A stretch of DNA of 27,415 nt from NCBI GenBank assembly GCA_964619235.1, contig CAZUCM010000002.1:1-27415 (forward strand). The letters are read 5' to 3'. Origin of the DNA: an uncultured Terriglobales bacterium (lineage in GTDB: Bacteria > Acidobacteriota > Terriglobia > Terriglobales > Acidobacteriaceae). The position numbers and the translations under genes were made by a program. The notes under the pieces are model-generated. The model saw nothing but the letters and a program-made list of their open reading frames with translations. It had not been told where the DNA came from and ran no database searches. This document shows positions 25,808 through 27,415 of the stretch, in pieces; the stretch's first letter is position 1; every line of letters begins with the position of its first letter.

Positions 25808-27268
25808 ATGAATATGATTTCCAAACTCTGGTCGTCGATCGTTTTGATGTTGGTTTTCACGCTGCTTGCCGGATGCGGCGGTTCTCCGCAGCCCGATCCC
25901 TTGAGCGCCAAAAACCTCAACCTGATTTTTGTCGTCAGCGAGGACTTGAATTACAACGCTCCCGGGGACATCAATCCCACCACGGCAAACCTCACGACCA
26001 AAGGTCTGCGGCGCTCACTCTCTATGGGGACATTTCTGAAGCGGCAGGTCCTGGGCGGAAATAATGTAACCGGCATATACGCGATCGAGCCGATGACCCA
26101 TTTGCAGACCGCGAACGATTATCCCGACATGGTGGGGCTGGAAGCGATTCAACAGTTCGCCCTGCTGAATGAGGTCAGCGCGTTTGCCGGGAATAATCCC
26201 CCTTATACCGCCGATAGTTATCCGATCTTCACCTCGTACGCGGCAAATTCCGTACCGGCCGGAGTTGCTCCGCCGCTGCTGCCCTGCCCGGCCTGCCAGG
26301 GTATTGATTTCAAGGACGAGAACGGCGACAACGAAACTCTGGTCGGCGGTATCGTCAACGCCAATGTCCCGGGATTCTATGTCTTCTCGGCGCCCTGGGA
26401 GACGGTCAGCGCCATCATGGCCAACCTTAACCAGCGGGAGGGTTACAACCTGTCGCTGCCCGCGTCCTATGCCGGTCCGAACGATTCATATGCGATCTCG
26501 ATCGCACCCTCGGAAAGGAGCGCCAGCCTGGCCACCTATGACAGCCATGCGACTCCGTCGGCCATGTATCCGGTGTTTCCCTCCACGGCGGTCGCCGGCA
26601 CTCCATGTTCGATGCAGACGCCCTTCAAAATTCAGGTGACCGCCGGCAGCGGCGGTGCTGTCGCTCCAGCGGCAATCAATACCAGCGAGACGCTTTACTT
26701 CATTCGTCACGTCGAGGCGCATCCGGTAAGCTATTTCGAAGACGGCAACTATGTTGCGGCGGGACAGTGGCGCGCCCTGGATCTTCCCAATGCGCTACGC
26801 GGCAAAATCCAGCCCACCCAGGTCTACTCCATCGATCCCGCTTTCGGCGTTCCCAGCGGCACGGTGACGAGTATCCCCGCCTCCTATGTCCGGGCCGCTC
26901 TGACTGCGGCGCCGTACGCCATCGCCAACAATTTGCCCTTCAACTTGGCCGCCGGCATCCCCGTTTTCGCGCAGAATCCGCCTCAGTTGTCCACCTTGGC
27001 CGCCAAGTTTTTTTTTACCGGCGGACAGTTCTCCAACCAGGCCACATTGGCGGCTTGGGAACATCTGCACATCCCGACCACGGTCAACGCGCTCATCGCC
27101 AGCTATTTTCCAAATGGCGGCGGTCCCCAGGCCCCCAATTGGCCGGACAACGACTACGACACAGTCTGGACGGTGACGCTCGACGCCCAAGGCAACCTGA
27201 CCGTAGATAACCGGACGTGCGAAGGCATCAACTCGGCTGACCTGCCAACCACGCCTCCTCAATTCTGA
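25808..27268 (+). CDS. Lipoprotein with histidine-phosphatase-like domain(s)
   Basis: Signal peptide with lipobox LAGC. The C-terminal domain has LYFIRHVEAHP (RHG-like), WEHLHIP and WPDNDYDTVW. The N-terminal half looks like a degenerate copy. Confidence 0.7.
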   Translation: MNMISKLWSSIVLMLVFTLLAGCGGSPQPDPLSAKNLNLIFVVSEDLNYNAPGDINPTTANLTTKGLRRSLSMGTFLKRQVLGGNNVTGIYAIEPMTHLQTANDYPDMVGLEAIQQFALLNEVSAFAGNNPPYTADSYPIFTSYAANSVPAGVAPPLLPCPACQGIDFKDENGDNETLVGGIVNANVPGFYVFSAPWETVSAIMANLNQREGYNLSLPASYAGPNDSYAISIAPSERSASLATYDSHATPSAMYPVFPSTAVAGTPCSMQTPFKIQVTAGSGGAVAPAAINTSETLYFIRHVEAHPVSYFEDGNYVAAGQWRALDLPNALRGKIQPTQVYSIDPAFGVPSGTVTSIPASYVRAALTAAPYAIANNLPFNLAAGIPVFAQNPPQLSTLAAKFFFTGGQFSNQATLAAWEHLHIPTTVNALIASYFPNGGGPQAPNWPDNDYDTVWTVTLDAQGNLTVDNRTCEGINSADLPTTPPQF

Positions 27269-27415
27269 CGCCCGATTGACGCAATGCCGTCATCGCCCAG
27301 TTGCCTTGCACGGCGACGCGAAGGCTGCTTCCGCTTTGGGTGGCGTCATTGGTGAGGCTAGCTGGGGATTCTTCCGAAGGCGATCAGTGTTTTTCCGTGA
27401 AGCCGATCACCAGTT

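Noticed and set aside
27269-27415. Possible 3' end of a minus-strand gene at the window edge
   Set aside because: The open segments are too short to assign a frame or product.

Overview
A gene-dense, GC-rich bacterial chromosomal segment; gene content and style suggest Acidobacteriota, which is an inference only. Bases 1-26 are Illumina adapter sequence that truncates an MFS transporter gene, so the left end is probably a contig end in an assembly. The window encodes, in order: a secreted cupredoxin, two hypothetical proteins, an atypical CLC-CBS transporter, a D-Ala-D-Ala dipeptidase, a HAD phosphatase, a JAB peptidase with a free-standing rhodanese, an EmrAB-type efflux pump with a cytidylate-kinase-like protein, a heparinase II/III-like lyase, a YccM-like polyferredoxin membrane protein, a SatP-family transporter, a class I glutamine amidotransferase and an atypical ferredoxin. 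The main find is a tightly coupled operon at 17456-23248. It contains a NarK nitrate/nitrite transporter fused in frame to a NarI-like cytochrome b domain, a cytoplasmic NasA/NapA-type molybdoenzyme, a four-cluster FeS subunit, a Tat-anchored Rieske protein and a small membrane protein. This combination matches none of the canonical Nar, Nap or Nas architectures. The window ends with a tautomerase and two divergently encoded exported phosphoesterase-like lipoproteins. No rRNA, tRNA, CRISPR array or mobile element was recognised.
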